DNA from: an uncultured beta proteobacterium
Lineage (GTDB): Bacteria; Pseudomonadota; Gammaproteobacteria; Burkholderiales; SG8-39
Direction: 5' to 3'
Assembly (NCBI GenBank): GCA_963714925.1
Contig: CAVQQK010000018.1
Span: 60,361 to 124,360, forward strand
Length of the DNA: 64,000 nucleotides
Shown: positions 49,478 to 58,898 of the stretch, one piece after another
How the letters are laid out: each line of letters begins with the position of its first letter
Numbering within the stretch: the stretch's first letter is position 1
Made by a program: the position numbers and the translations under genes
Notes under the pieces: generated by a model
The model's database searches: none
Told to the model about the DNA's origin: nothing
Seen by the model: only the letters and a program-made list of their open reading frames with translations

Positions 49478-50581
49478 ATGAAACCCACTTTACGCGCCAG
49501 GCTCGAGGGCCTTGCCACCCGGCTAGAGCGGTTGAATCAGCTGCTTGCCGCCGAAGATGCAACGCGCGACCTCGACAAATTCAAGCGCCTGTCACGCGAG
49601 CACGCGGAACTGGACGGACTGGTGGCGCTGTACGCACGCTACCGGCGCGCGGATGCTGACGCGGCGGCGGCGACAGACATGGCGGCCGACCCCGCAATGC
49701 GGCCCTTCGCGGAGGAGGAACTGCGCACGGCGCGAGAAGCGATGGCGGCCGCGGAGCGCGATATCCAGCACGCGCTGCTGCCAAAAGACCCGAACGACGA
49801 ACGCAACACCTTTCTCGAGATTCGCGCGGGTACCGGCGGTGACGAATCAGCGCTGTTCGCGGGCGACCTGTTTCGCATGTACGCGCGCTACGCTGAACGC
49901 CAGGGATGGACGGTCGAGATTGTTTCGGAAAGCCTTGCCGAGGTTGGCGGCTACAAGGAGGTGGTCGCGCAGGTGGTCGGGCGGGGGGCGTATTCAAAGC
50001 TCAAGTTCGAATCGGGCGGACACCGGGTGCAGCGTGTTCCTGCAACCGAGTCGCAGGGGCGCATCCACACCTCGGCGTGCACCGTCGCCGTGCTGCCGGA
50101 GGCGGACCGGCTCGTCGAGGTGGTGCTGAATCCGGCCGAGCTGCGCGTCGACACCTTTCGCGCGTCCGGCGCCGGGGGGCAGCATGTCAACAAAACAGAT
50201 TCTGCGATCCGCGTCACGCACCTGCCCACCGGGATCGTGGTGGAGTGCCAGGACTCACGCTCGCAGCACAAAAACCGCGAAAAGGCGCTCGGCGTGCTCG
50301 CAGCGCGCATCCGCGACAAGCAATTGCGCGAGCAACAGGCCAAGACCGCCTCGACGCGCAAGAGTCTCATCGGATCGGGCGACCGCTCCGAACGCATCCG
50401 GACCTACAATTTTCCGCAAGGCCGACTGACCGACCACCGCATCAACTTCACGCTGTACAAGCTCGATCGCGTCATGGAGGGCGAACTCGATGAAGTCGTC
50501 GATGCGCTCTCCGCCGAGTTTCAGGCCGAGCAGCTCACGCAGCTCGCCGAAGAGGGCGAGCCCGCGCGCGCGCCGGCCTGA
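49478..50581 (+). CDS. prfA: Peptide chain release factor 1
   Basis: PAT-type recognition region and the GGQ motif ([28 protein letters not shown]). Confidence 0.95.
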   Translation: MKPTLRARLEGLATRLERLNQLLAAEDATRDLDKFKRLSREHAELDGLVALYARYRRADADAAAATDMAADPAMRPFAEEELRTAREAMAAAERDIQHALLPKDPNDERNTFLEIRAGTGGDESALFAGDLFRMYARYAERQGWTVEIVSESLAEVGGYKEVVAQVVGRGAYSKLKFESGGHRVQRVPATESQGRIHTSACTVAVLPEADRLVEVVLNPAELRVDTFRASGAGGQHVNKTDSAIRVTHLPTGIVVECQDSRSQHKNREKALGVLAARIRDKQLREQQAKTASTRKSLIGSGDRSERIRTYNFPQGRLTDHRINFTLYKLDRVMEGELDEVVDALSAEFQAEQLTQLAEEGEPARAPA

Positions 50582-50592
50582 CCACGGCGTCC

Positions 50593-51420
50593 ATGAACCT
50601 GGGCGACGCGCTGCAGACGGCCGGGCTCGACCGGCGCGAGGCGCGGCTGCTGCTGGCAGCGGCGAGTGGCATTCCCGAGGCGCGTTTCGTCGCGCATCCG
50701 GAGCATGAGCTCGATGAATCGTCGCGGTCGCGGTTCGAGGCGTGGACGGCGCGCCGCAAGCAGGGCGAACCCATTGCCTATTTGACCGGCTGGCGCGAGT
50801 TTTACGGACTGACGCTCGCGGTGACGCCCGCCGTGTTGATCCCGCGCCACGAGTCAGAATTGCTCGTCGAGCGCGCGCTCGAGCGGCTCGCGGCGCAGGC
50901 GACCCAGCATGCCTGCCGCGTGCTCGATCTGGGTACCGGGAGCGGCGCGCTGGCGCTCGCGATCAAGCGCGAATGCCCGTCGGCACGGCTGTGTGCAGTC
51001 GACGCGAGTCGGCCGGCGCTCGCGGTGGCCCGAGGCAACGCGCTTCGGCTCCGGCTGGATGTCGACTGGCGCGAGGGCCATTGGTACTCGGCCGTGCCGG
51101 GTGCGTGCTTCGACGTGATCGTGTCGAACCCGCCCTACGTTGCACTGGGTGATCCCCACCTCGCCCAGGGGGACCTGCGTTTCGAGCCAACAGCGGCACT
51201 GATCGGCGGCACTGACGGTCTGGCGGCGATTCGGGACATTGTGCGCGACGCGCCGGCCCATCTGCGCCCGGGCGGCTGGCTGTTCCTGGAGCATGGCTAC
51301 GACCAGGCAGTCGCCGTGCGGGCCTGCCTGCAGGCCGCCGATTTTGAGGAGATTGCCACGTGGCGGGACCTGGCAGGCCATCTGCGGGTCAGTGGCGGCC
51401 GGTTTGGCGGCGCCCGTTGA
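50593..51420 (+). CDS. prmC: Release-factor glutamine N5-methyltransferase
   Basis: PIAYLTGWREFYG, SAM motif LDLGTGSGALAL, catalytic NPPY (VSNPPYV). Confidence 0.9.
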   Translation: MNLGDALQTAGLDRREARLLLAAASGIPEARFVAHPEHELDESSRSRFEAWTARRKQGEPIAYLTGWREFYGLTLAVTPAVLIPRHESELLVERALERLAAQATQHACRVLDLGTGSGALALAIKRECPSARLCAVDASRPALAVARGNALRLRLDVDWREGHWYSAVPGACFDVIVSNPPYVALGDPHLAQGDLRFEPTAALIGGTDGLAAIRDIVRDAPAHLRPGGWLFLEHGYDQAVAVRACLQAADFEEIATWRDLAGHLRVSGGRFGGAR

Positions 51421-51470
51421 CCACGGTCGGGACCGTCGCTAAAATCCGACCAAATTCGTCAACTATTGCC

Positions 51471-51523
51471 TTATTCACCGGTTATCCACGCGTTATTCAC
51501 CCGTTATTCACTCGTTTTCCACA
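51471..51523 (+). promoter_or_regulatory. Array of five direct DnaA-box-like 9-mers with 2-bp spacers (11-bp period)
   Basis: TTATTCACC (51471), TTATCCACG (51482), TTATTCACC (51493), TTATTCACT (51504), TTTTCCACA (51515). Each matches TTATNCACA at 8/9. Confidence 0.6.
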
Positions 51524-51537
51524 CCTCAGGATTCATC

Positions 51538-51864
51538 ATGGACAGCCAAGAGATCATCAAACAGAAGGTCAATGCTCACCCCGTCGTGCTCTTCATGAAG
51601 GGCACGCCCCAGTCCCCAATGTGTGGCTTTTCGGCGACCGTCGTGCAGGTTCTGCAGGCGAGCGGCGTCGACCAGTTCCACAGCGTCAACGTACTCGAGG
51701 ACCCGGCGATTCGCGAGGGCATCAAGCAGTTCGCCAACTGGCCGACGATTCCGCAGCTCTACGTGAACGGAGAGTTCGTCGGCGGTTGCGACATCCTGCG
51801 CGAGATGTTCCAGAGCGGTGAGCTGCAGCAGGTGCTCGCCGGCGCGCGCAACGTCTCCGCGTAG
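51538..51864 (+). CDS. grxD: Grx4-family monothiol glutaredoxin
   Basis: 108 aa from ATG 51538 with the CGFS active site (GTPQSPMCGFS) and WPTIPQLYVNGEFVGG. Confidence 0.9.
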   Translation: MDSQEIIKQKVNAHPVVLFMKGTPQSPMCGFSATVVQVLQASGVDQFHSVNVLEDPAIREGIKQFANWPTIPQLYVNGEFVGGCDILREMFQSGELQQVLAGARNVSA

Positions 51865-51901
51865 CCGCGGCAGGCGCCCCGCGTAGCCCGAGGACTGCGC
51901 A

Positions 51902-52660
51902 CTACAGACGACGCGCAGCGGCGGCGAGCCGCTGCGCCAGCGTCTGCGCCTGGCGCAGGTAGCCCGTGCCGAACAGGTTGAGGTGGTTCAGCACGTGATA
52001 GAGGTTGTAGAGGTCCTTGCGTACCGCGTAGCCGGGGTCGAGCGGCCAGCGCGCTGCGTAGGCGGCGTAGAACGCGGGCGGAAATCCGCCGAATAATTCA
52101 GTCATCGCAAGGTCGGCCTCGCGGTCGCCGTAGTACACCGCAGGATCGTAGAGCACCGGTCCCGCGGGCGTGAATCCAACGTTGCCGTGCCACAGATCGC
52201 CGTGCAGGAGCGAAGGTTGCGGGCGGTGGCCAGCAAGCAGAGCGCGCAAACCGTCCAGGTCGAACACGAAGCCGGATTGGCCTGCGCGCGCCGCCTGCGG
52301 CGCGAGTCGTTTCTCGAACCAGAACGCGGGCCAGTCGTCGTACCAGCCGTTCGCCTGCGGCGCGAGACCGATCCAGTTGTCCCTGGCCCAACCGAACCGC
52401 GGTGGCGTATTCGGATGGCGATGAAGTGCTGCCATGGCCTGCCCGAGTGCCGGCCAGTCGGGGGCGCCCCCGAGATCGAGGCGCTGCATTTCGATGACCG
52501 CCTCGCCTGATCGCTCGCCCACCGCAATCACGCGCGGCACCGGGGCACCGGCGGCCGCGAGTGCGGCGAGTCCCTCCGCTTCCGCGCGATACATCGGCGC
52601 ACACGTTGCCGGGCCGCGCTTGACGAAGCTCACCGATTCATCAATTTGCCAACGCGCCAC
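51902..52660 (-). CDS. Fructosamine/ketosamine-3-kinase family protein
   Basis: LLHGDLWHGNVGF...DPAVYYGDREADLAM...YNLYHVLNHLNLFG. The N-terminus looks ~30 aa short, so the start is uncertain. Confidence 0.8.
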   Translation of the reverse strand: MARWQIDESVSFVKRGPATCAPMYRAEAEGLAALAAAGAPVPRVIAVGERSGEAVIEMQRLDLGGAPDWPALGQAMAALHRHPNTPPRFGWARDNWIGLAPQANGWYDDWPAFWFEKRLAPQAARAGQSGFVFDLDGLRALLAGHRPQPSLLHGDLWHGNVGFTPAGPVLYDPAVYYGDREADLAMTELFGGFPPAFYAAYAARWPLDPGYAVRKDLYNLYHVLNHLNLFGTGYLRQAQTLAQRLAAAARRL

Positions 52661-52696
52661 GTCACCCGCTCAACAATCCGACCCGACGCGCAGTGG

Positions 52697-53998
52697 TCAG
52701 ACGCCAGACAGGCGCAGGTTGGCCATTGAGAGCCGTTCGACCAGGATGTCCATGAACGCGCGGTCGAATTTGTGCCGACAGCTCTCGGTGGCGTGTTCGA
52801 GCATCTGGGTTGGTACCGAAATGATCTTTGCGTCGGACGCGACGCTGACGTCGGCCACACGCAAGTGTGCGGTTTTCGACAAGTAGGCCATTTCGCCGAA
52901 CGGTTCGCCGGGTTTCAGGATGTTGAGTAGCCTGCCTTTCTTCGTCACCGTGACCTGGCCCTCGGCGAGAATGCAGAAGTCGGTTCCGGTGTCGCCTTCC
53001 TGCATCAGCTGCTCGCCCGCCGACGCGGTCCGCCAACTCGAGATGCGGGCGACTTCCCAGAGTTCCGCATCCGAGAAGTTCTCGAAAAAAGGGAGCGCCC
53101 GCAGCGTCTCGAATTTGTCCGAGTCGGGAAATTCCCGCGTCTGTACTAACAGCGGTTCGGACCGGAACACCTCGGCAAGTTCACGCGAAAACTGGTCCCA
53201 CTGCGTGTAGCGATGTTCCACGTTCTTCGCCATCGCGCGCCGGACGATATCGTCAATAGCCTTCGGGATCTCGGGTCGGTACGCGGACGGTGGCGAGGGT
53301 TCGACGTTGGCAATCTGGTAGATCAGGCTGAAGTTGTTGGTGGCCTGAAACGGCAGCCGACCGCTCAGCAGGTGGTACATCACAACCCCCATCGAGTAGA
53401 TGTCGGTCTGATGCGTGAGCGGGTGCTCCTTGACCTGTTCGGGCGACATGTACGCCGGCGAACCGATCGCGGAGACCTGTGTGGTGTCGCCGGCGGCAAT
53501 GAGGGCGGCGCCGAAATCGGTGATCTTCACGTCGGTATCACTCGTGTGCAGGATGTTCGCGGGTTTGATGTCGCGATGCGTGACACCCATGCGTTGTGCA
53601 AACTCGAGCGCGCGCGAGCATTTGAACGCGATCTCGACGACGCGATCGATCGGCAGGAGGCTATCGGATCGGCAGAACTTCTCGAGCGTGCCGCCGCCGA
53701 CGTACTCCATGACGATGTAGTGCAGGTCCGGGTCGGAGACCGCGTCGTAGATCTCGCAAATATGCGGATGTTGCAGCTTGCCCGCGAGCGAGGCCTCGGT
53801 GACGAACAGTTTGCGGAACAACTTGCCGCGCTCCGGGTCCGCGAAGGCTTCCGAAAACACGACCTTCACCGCAACCTCGCGGCTGTTGAATGGATCGTCG
53901 CAAAGGTAAACCTCGCTCGTCGCGCCTTCCCCGAGCCGGCGCTTGACGGGATATTTGCCGATTCGTTCAGGCGCTGTCTTGCTGTCCGTCACGACCAA
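52697..53998 (-). CDS. Ser/Thr protein kinase with a C-terminal cyclic-nucleotide-binding domain
   Basis: Hanks motifs (GEGATSEVY, AVK, HRDIKPANIL, DFG, SPEQ) and a cNMP domain (FGEMAYL). TTG/GTG start directly abuts the argH stop. Confidence 0.8.
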   Translation of the reverse strand: MVVTDSKTAPERIGKYPVKRRLGEGATSEVYLCDDPFNSREVAVKVVFSEAFADPERGKLFRKLFVTEASLAGKLQHPHICEIYDAVSDPDLHYIVMEYVGGGTLEKFCRSDSLLPIDRVVEIAFKCSRALEFAQRMGVTHRDIKPANILHTSDTDVKITDFGAALIAAGDTTQVSAIGSPAYMSPEQVKEHPLTHQTDIYSMGVVMYHLLSGRLPFQATNNFSLIYQIANVEPSPPSAYRPEIPKAIDDIVRRAMAKNVEHRYTQWDQFSRELAEVFRSEPLLVQTREFPDSDKFETLRALPFFENFSDAELWEVARISSWRTASAGEQLMQEGDTGTDFCILAEGQVTVTKKGRLLNILKPGEPFGEMAYLSKTAHLRVADVSVASDAKIISVPTQMLEHATESCRHKFDRAFMDILVERLSMANLRLSGV

Positions 53999-55483
53999 TC
54001 AAGGGCGCGCGCGGAGCCGGCGGCGCGCGCGCGCAACGGCTGCCTTGACCTGAGCCGGTGCCGTACCGCCGCGATGACGGCGTGCCCCGACCGAACCCTC
54101 GGGCGTGAGAACGCGCCCCACGTCCGCCCGGATGACCTTCGAGAAGCGCTGCAAGGTGCGCAGCGGCAGATCCACGAGATCACAGTGCTTGGCTTCGGCG
54201 TGACGTACGGCGTGCGCCACCGCTTCGTGCGCGTCGCGAAACGGCACGCCCTTGCGCACGAGGTAGTCGGCGAGGTCGGTCGCGGTCGCGTAGCCTTCGC
54301 GCAGCGCCGCGCGCATGGCTGCGGGGTCCGGCTCAAGACCGGCGATGAGCTCGGCAAATACGGTCAGCGCGTCCCGCAGCGTGTCGACCGCGTCGAACAC
54401 CGGCTCCTTGTCTTCCTGATTGTCCTTGTTATAGGCGAGCGGCTGCCCTTTCATCAGGGCGAGGAGCGCAATCAGGTCGCCGAACACACGCCCGGTCTTT
54501 CCGCGCACGAGCTCGGGCACGTCGGGGTTCTTCTTCTGCGGCATGATCGAGGAACCGGTGCAGAACCGGTCGGGCAGGCGCACGAAGCCGAAGCGCGGGT
54601 TGGTCCAAAGGACCAGCTCTTCGGACAGGCGCGACAGATGCACCATGGCGATCGATGCGCAGGCGCAGAACTCGATGGCGAAATCCCGATCGGAGACTGC
54701 GTCGAGCGAGTTGTCGCACACGGTGTCGAATCCGAGCGCCGTTGCCACGCGCATCCGGTCGATCGGGAACGTGGTGCCGGCCAGTGCCGCGGCGCCGAGC
54801 GGCAACTGGTTGAGGCGCGCGCGACAGTCCGCGAGGCGTGCGCGGTCGCGCAGCAGCATCTCGACGTACGCGAGCAGGTGGTGCCCGAAGGTGACCGGTT
54901 GCGCGACCTGCAGATGTGTGAAGCCCGGCATCACCGTCGCCGCGTGGCGCTCTGCCTGGTCGATCAGCGCATGCGCGAGTCCCGCGAGGCGCTGCTGTAT
55001 GGCGTCGATTTCCGCGCGCAGCCAAAGCCGCAGATCGGTGGCAACCTGGTCATTGCGCGAGCGCGCCGTATGCAGACGTTTGCCGGGATCGCCCACCAGC
55101 ACCGTGAGGCGTCGCTCGATGTTCAGGTGCACGTCTTCCGCGTCGATCGACCATTCGAAGCGTCCGGCAGCGATCTCGCGCCGGATGCGCGCCAGGCCGC
55201 GCTCGATCGCGGCGAGATCCTTGCGTGAAATGATGCGTTGCGCCGCGAGCATGCGCGCATGTGCGAGCGATGCGTCGATGTCGACGAATGCGAGACGCTG
55301 GTCGAAGGACACCGACGCCGTAAAGCGCTTGACCAGCGCGTCGACCGGCTCGGAGAAGCGGCCCGACCAGGTGCCGGTGGTGCGCGACCTACGGGACGTA
55401 CGGGACGGATCGGCTGCGCGGCGGCTTGCGCGATGCGATGCGCGGCCCGCTGGGGGCGGCCGCTTGGAAGCGCTACGAGCCAT
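53999..55483 (-). CDS. argH: Argininosuccinate lyase
   Basis: [26 protein letters not shown]...[12 protein letters not shown] signature. The only in-frame ATG gives a 38-aa Arg/Ser/Pro-rich leader, so the start is uncertain. Confidence 0.9.
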   Translation of the reverse strand: MARSASKRPPPAGRASHRASRRAADPSRTSRRSRTTGTWSGRFSEPVDALVKRFTASVSFDQRLAFVDIDASLAHARMLAAQRIISRKDLAAIERGLARIRREIAAGRFEWSIDAEDVHLNIERRLTVLVGDPGKRLHTARSRNDQVATDLRLWLRAEIDAIQQRLAGLAHALIDQAERHAATVMPGFTHLQVAQPVTFGHHLLAYVEMLLRDRARLADCRARLNQLPLGAAALAGTTFPIDRMRVATALGFDTVCDNSLDAVSDRDFAIEFCACASIAMVHLSRLSEELVLWTNPRFGFVRLPDRFCTGSSIMPQKKNPDVPELVRGKTGRVFGDLIALLALMKGQPLAYNKDNQEDKEPVFDAVDTLRDALTVFAELIAGLEPDPAAMRAALREGYATATDLADYLVRKGVPFRDAHEAVAHAVRHAEAKHCDLVDLPLRTLQRFSKVIRADVGRVLTPEGSVGARRHRGGTAPAQVKAAVARARRRLRARP

Positions 55484-55596
55484 GGGGCATACTGGATGCG
55501 CGTGGAGACGCCGCTTCGAACTTCGTCGCGCCGGTTCTCCCTAAAGAACGCGGCAGGTATGTGGCAAGTATAAATCAATTCGCACTGTCGAATGCG

Positions 55597-56616
55597 ATGC
55601 CGGACTTCCGCAATCTCGGTGTAATCGCGCGCGTGCTCGTCGGGGTCAACCTGCTTGCACTCGGCGCGGTGCTTGCTGCTGCGCCGGGCTGGAATGAGCT
55701 GCTCGAGCGGGTCTTGCGCGCGGCGGGATTCGTCGAACCGGTCCTCCTCGCGAGCGTACTCGTGCTCGCCGCGCTTTCGCCGATGCTTGGGCGACTCGCA
55801 TTTGTCGGCGGTACCTGCGCCGTGCTGTTCGTGGTGTCGGCAGTCACCACGCTGGCCCATGTCGCGGTAGCGAATGCGCAGGGCATTGCGGTGGGTGCAG
55901 AACTCGCGCAAGCGATTCTGCTGACCGGGCTCGCGACGATCACCCTTTTGGGTTATCTGCGGCTGGCAGCCAAGGCCTATTCGCCGGCGCTCGCGGAAGC
56001 GCGCTTGCAGGCGTTGCAGGCACGCATCCGACCACACTTCCTGTTTAACAGTCTGAACGCAGTGCTGTCGTTGATTCGGCGTGATCCTGCGCGCGCAGAG
56101 CGCGCGCTGGAGGATCTCGCGGATCTTTTTCGCACCCTGATGTCGGACGCGCGGACATTTGTGCATCTCGCTGACGAGATCGCGCTACTCGAGCGCTACG
56201 CGAGCCTGGAGCAGCTTCGGCTCGGCGAGCGCCTGCGCATCGTCTGGGAACTCGATGCCGCACCGTCGGATGCGATCCTCCCGCCGCTCCTGCTGCAGCC
56301 GCTGCTCGAGAACGCCATCTATCATGGCGTCGAACCGTCGATCGAGCCGGCCGAAGTCGTGGTGCGTATCGCGCAACGCGGCGACCGCCTGCATGTGCAC
56401 ATCGACAATCCTTATTCGGATCGGCATGGCCACCATACGGGCAATCGCATGGCAATTGAAAACATCCGCGAGCGATTGATGCTGTTCTTCGATGCCGAGG
56501 CGCGACTCGAGGCGCGCATCGAGGGCGATCGGTATCATGCCGAAGTCGAAATGCCGTACCGGCCGGCGCCGGCCCTGCGGCGCGGTGCCGGGGGTGGCAC
56601 GAAGCGAGGAGATTGA
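55597..56616 (+). CDS. algZ: LytS/AlgZ(FimS)-type sensor histidine kinase
   Basis: 4-5 TM N-terminus, His_kinase motif RIRPHFLFNSLNAVLSLI, and an ATPase region. argH-algZ-algR-hemC synteny as in Pseudomonas. Confidence 0.8.
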   Translation: MPDFRNLGVIARVLVGVNLLALGAVLAAAPGWNELLERVLRAAGFVEPVLLASVLVLAALSPMLGRLAFVGGTCAVLFVVSAVTTLAHVAVANAQGIAVGAELAQAILLTGLATITLLGYLRLAAKAYSPALAEARLQALQARIRPHFLFNSLNAVLSLIRRDPARAERALEDLADLFRTLMSDARTFVHLADEIALLERYASLEQLRLGERLRIVWELDAAPSDAILPPLLLQPLLENAIYHGVEPSIEPAEVVVRIAQRGDRLHVHIDNPYSDRHGHHTGNRMAIENIRERLMLFFDAEARLEARIEGDRYHAEVEMPYRPAPALRRGAGGGTKRGD

Positions 56617-57395
56617 ACGTGCTGCGCGTGTTTATCGCGGACGACGAGGCGCCGGCGCGCGCCCGGCTGCGCGAATTGATGGAAGACATCATGCCCGAGG
56701 CACCGACGCAGGTTGTCGGCGAGGCGCGCAACGGCGTCGAAACCATCGAGCGCTTGCCGCAGAGCGGCGCCGACGTCCTGCTGCTCGACATCGAGATGCC
56801 CGGTATGCACGGGCTCGAAGTCGCCAGGCATCTGACCCGGCTGTCCGACGCGCCGGCGGTGATTTTCGTGACCGCACACGACCGCCATGCGGTCGATGCA
56901 TTTGAACTTAACGCGCTCGACTACCTGCTCAAGCCGGTGCGTTCGGCACGCCTCGCGGCGGCGCTCAAGCGTGCCGCGGCGATCGGTGCGCCGTCGGCTC
57001 CGGTGCTCGAGCGCGCGGCCGAGCAGGTACGCCAGACCGACGGTCGCGGACGCAGTCATTTTTCACTCGCGGAACGCAATCGAATCGTACTCGTACCTGT
57101 CGCCGACGTTGTCTATCTCAAGGCCGATCAGAAGTACGTCACGCTGCGCACGCGCGAGCGCGAGCACCTGATCGACGAATCGCTTGCATCGCTCGAAGGC
57201 GAGTTTGGAGAAATGTTTGTGCGCATTCACCGCAACTGCATCGTCGCCAGGAACGCGGTGCGCGGGTTCGAACGTGCACCGACCGCGGAGGATGAGGAGG
57301 CACACTGGCTCGTGGTGCTTGAGGGCGTGCCGGAACGCTTGCCGGTCAGCCGGCGGCAGTGGTCGTCGCTGCGCGCGCTGGTGGCGCAGAAGTGA
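56613..57395 (+). CDS. algR: LytTR-family response regulator (AlgR-like)
   Basis: REC (VFIADDE...LLLDIEMPGMHG) plus a LytTR C-terminus (VYLKADQKYVTLRT...FVRIHRNCIV). TTG/GTG start overlaps the kinase stop. Confidence 0.85.
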   Translation: MNVLRVFIADDEAPARARLRELMEDIMPEAPTQVVGEARNGVETIERLPQSGADVLLLDIEMPGMHGLEVARHLTRLSDAPAVIFVTAHDRHAVDAFELNALDYLLKPVRSARLAAALKRAAAIGAPSAPVLERAAEQVRQTDGRGRSHFSLAERNRIVLVPVADVVYLKADQKYVTLRTREREHLIDESLASLEGEFGEMFVRIHRNCIVARNAVRGFERAPTAEDEEAHWLVVLEGVPERLPVSRRQWSSLRALVAQK

Positions 57396-57408
57396 AGCCC
57401 GTTGCGTG

Positions 57409-57915
57409 TCAGCGCGCGGGTGCCGCGAGCCGAGCGCGGGCCTGTTCGATTCGCCGGTCGAGACTGCCCTGGTAAAAGCCGGGCACCGTCAGACCGATGA
57501 GGCGGTCCGCGAGTGCTTCGCCGCGCGCGCCGACAAAGGCGACGACCGGAACGAGGCGCACGCGCTGCAGTTGGGCGAACGCGCTGTGCGTCGTGCGTTG
57601 GCCCGAAAAGTCGACCAAGGGGGCGTCACTGGTGATGTCCACTTCGACGATGCGCAGCGTGGCGCGCGTCGCCGGATCGCTGCCCATCGGTCCGAGATAG
57701 TCTCGGCGCGCCTCGTCACAGTAGGGGCAGCCGGGTTGGCTGAAGAACACGAGGAGTGGAATGCGCGCGCCAGCGGCGTTCTGCGCCGACTGGGCAAGGT
57801 CCTGCGCCCTGTCGATCGACTGCGCACCCGCCGTGTGCGCGAGCGCGCATGCTAGTATCGTCGCCCAAAGACGCAGCGCGATTCCGCCTCGAGCGTCGGC
57901 GCTTCGCCTAGCCAT
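57409..57915 (-). CDS. Secreted thioredoxin-fold protein (CPYC active site)
   Basis: Only the last 168 codons of ORF 57409-58722 look real: a signal peptide, then LLVFFSQPGCPYCDEARRDYL. Confidence 0.7.
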   Translation of the reverse strand: MARRSADARGGIALRLWATILACALAHTAGAQSIDRAQDLAQSAQNAAGARIPLLVFFSQPGCPYCDEARRDYLGPMGSDPATRATLRIVEVDITSDAPLVDFSGQRTTHSAFAQLQRVRLVPVVAFVGARGEALADRLIGLTVPGFYQGSLDRRIEQARARLAAPAR

Positions 57916-57919
57916 CCCT

Positions 57920-58870
57920 ATGGAATCCTCCGTTTCGCGCCCCATCGAGCGCGTCGTCATTGCGACGCGCCGCAGTCGTCTTGCATTGTGGCAAGCCGAG
58001 CACGTCAAGCACAAGCTTGAAACATTGTATCCGCGGGTTGTGGTCGAGTTGCTGCCGCTCTCCACGAAGGGCGACGAATTGCTCGAGGCGCGGCTCGACA
58101 AGGTGGGCGGCAAGGGACTCTTCGTCAAGGAACTGGAGTCCGCGCTGGCCGAGGGACGCGCGGATCTCGCGGTGCACTCGATGAAGGATGTGCCTGCGGC
58201 GCTGCCGCCTGGATTTGCACTTGCCGCGATTCTTGCGCGCGAGGACCCGCGCGATGCACTGGTCTCCAATCGATTCGCGTCGCTCGAGGCGCTTCCCGCG
58301 GGCGGCATCGTCGGTACCTCCAGCCTGCGCCGCGCGGCACAGATTGCGGCGCGCTTCCCTACACTGCAGATCCACGCATTGCGCGGCAACGTCGAAACCC
58401 GCCTTGCGAAACTTGACCGAGACGAGTGCGACGCGATCGTGCTTGCGGCGGCCGGCCTTAAACGGCTGGGTCTCGTCGGGCGAATTCGTGACCTGCTTGA
58501 GCCGGCGACGAGCCTTCCGGCGGCGGGGCAGGGCGCGCTCGGCATCGAGTGTGTCGCGACGCGCACGGAGATCGATCGATTGGTCGTGCCGCTGCGCGAC
58601 CCCGACACCGAGGCCTGCGTTCGCGCCGAGCGGACGGTAAGCCGCGCGCTCGGTGGCAACTGTGCCGTCCCGCTCGGCGCGTTCGCCCAGGTCGTCGGCG
58701 GCCGCCTGAAGTTGCAGGCCATCGTCGCAGCGCCTGACGGTCAGCGTGTGGCGCGCGCACAGGGCGAAGGCGAGATCGAGGCGCCGGAGTCTCTCGGCGA
58801 ACAGGTGGCGGAGCTGCTACGCGCGCGGGGCGCCGCGGAGATTCTCGCCGCGCTGCAAACGACCGGGTAG
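57920..58870 (+). CDS. hemC: Hydroxymethylbilane synthase (porphobilinogen deaminase)
   Basis: VVIATRRSRLALWQAEHV...LSTKGD...GGKGLFVKELE is canonical HemC. Start at ATG 57920. Confidence 0.95.
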   Translation: MESSVSRPIERVVIATRRSRLALWQAEHVKHKLETLYPRVVVELLPLSTKGDELLEARLDKVGGKGLFVKELESALAEGRADLAVHSMKDVPAALPPGFALAAILAREDPRDALVSNRFASLEALPAGGIVGTSSLRRAAQIAARFPTLQIHALRGNVETRLAKLDRDECDAIVLAAAGLKRLGLVGRIRDLLEPATSLPAAGQGALGIECVATRTEIDRLVVPLRDPDTEACVRAERTVSRALGGNCAVPLGAFAQVVGGRLKLQAIVAAPDGQRVARAQGEGEIEAPESLGEQVAELLRARGAAEILAALQTTG

Positions 58871-58898
58871 GCCGGGACCGTAAAGTACGAGTACGCGC

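Noticed and set aside
51466-51537. N-terminal extension of the glutaredoxin ORF (MPYSPVIHALFTRYSLVFHTSGFI).
   Set aside because: This peptide is simply the translation of the 11-bp DnaA-box-like repeats. The conserved monothiol glutaredoxin starts at Met 51538.
57916-58722. Upstream 269 codons of the 437-aa minus-strand ORF 57409-58722.
   Set aside because: They are antisense to hemC and have a Ser/Ala/Arg-rich composition. Only the last 168 codons (signal peptide plus CPYC thioredoxin fold) look genuine.
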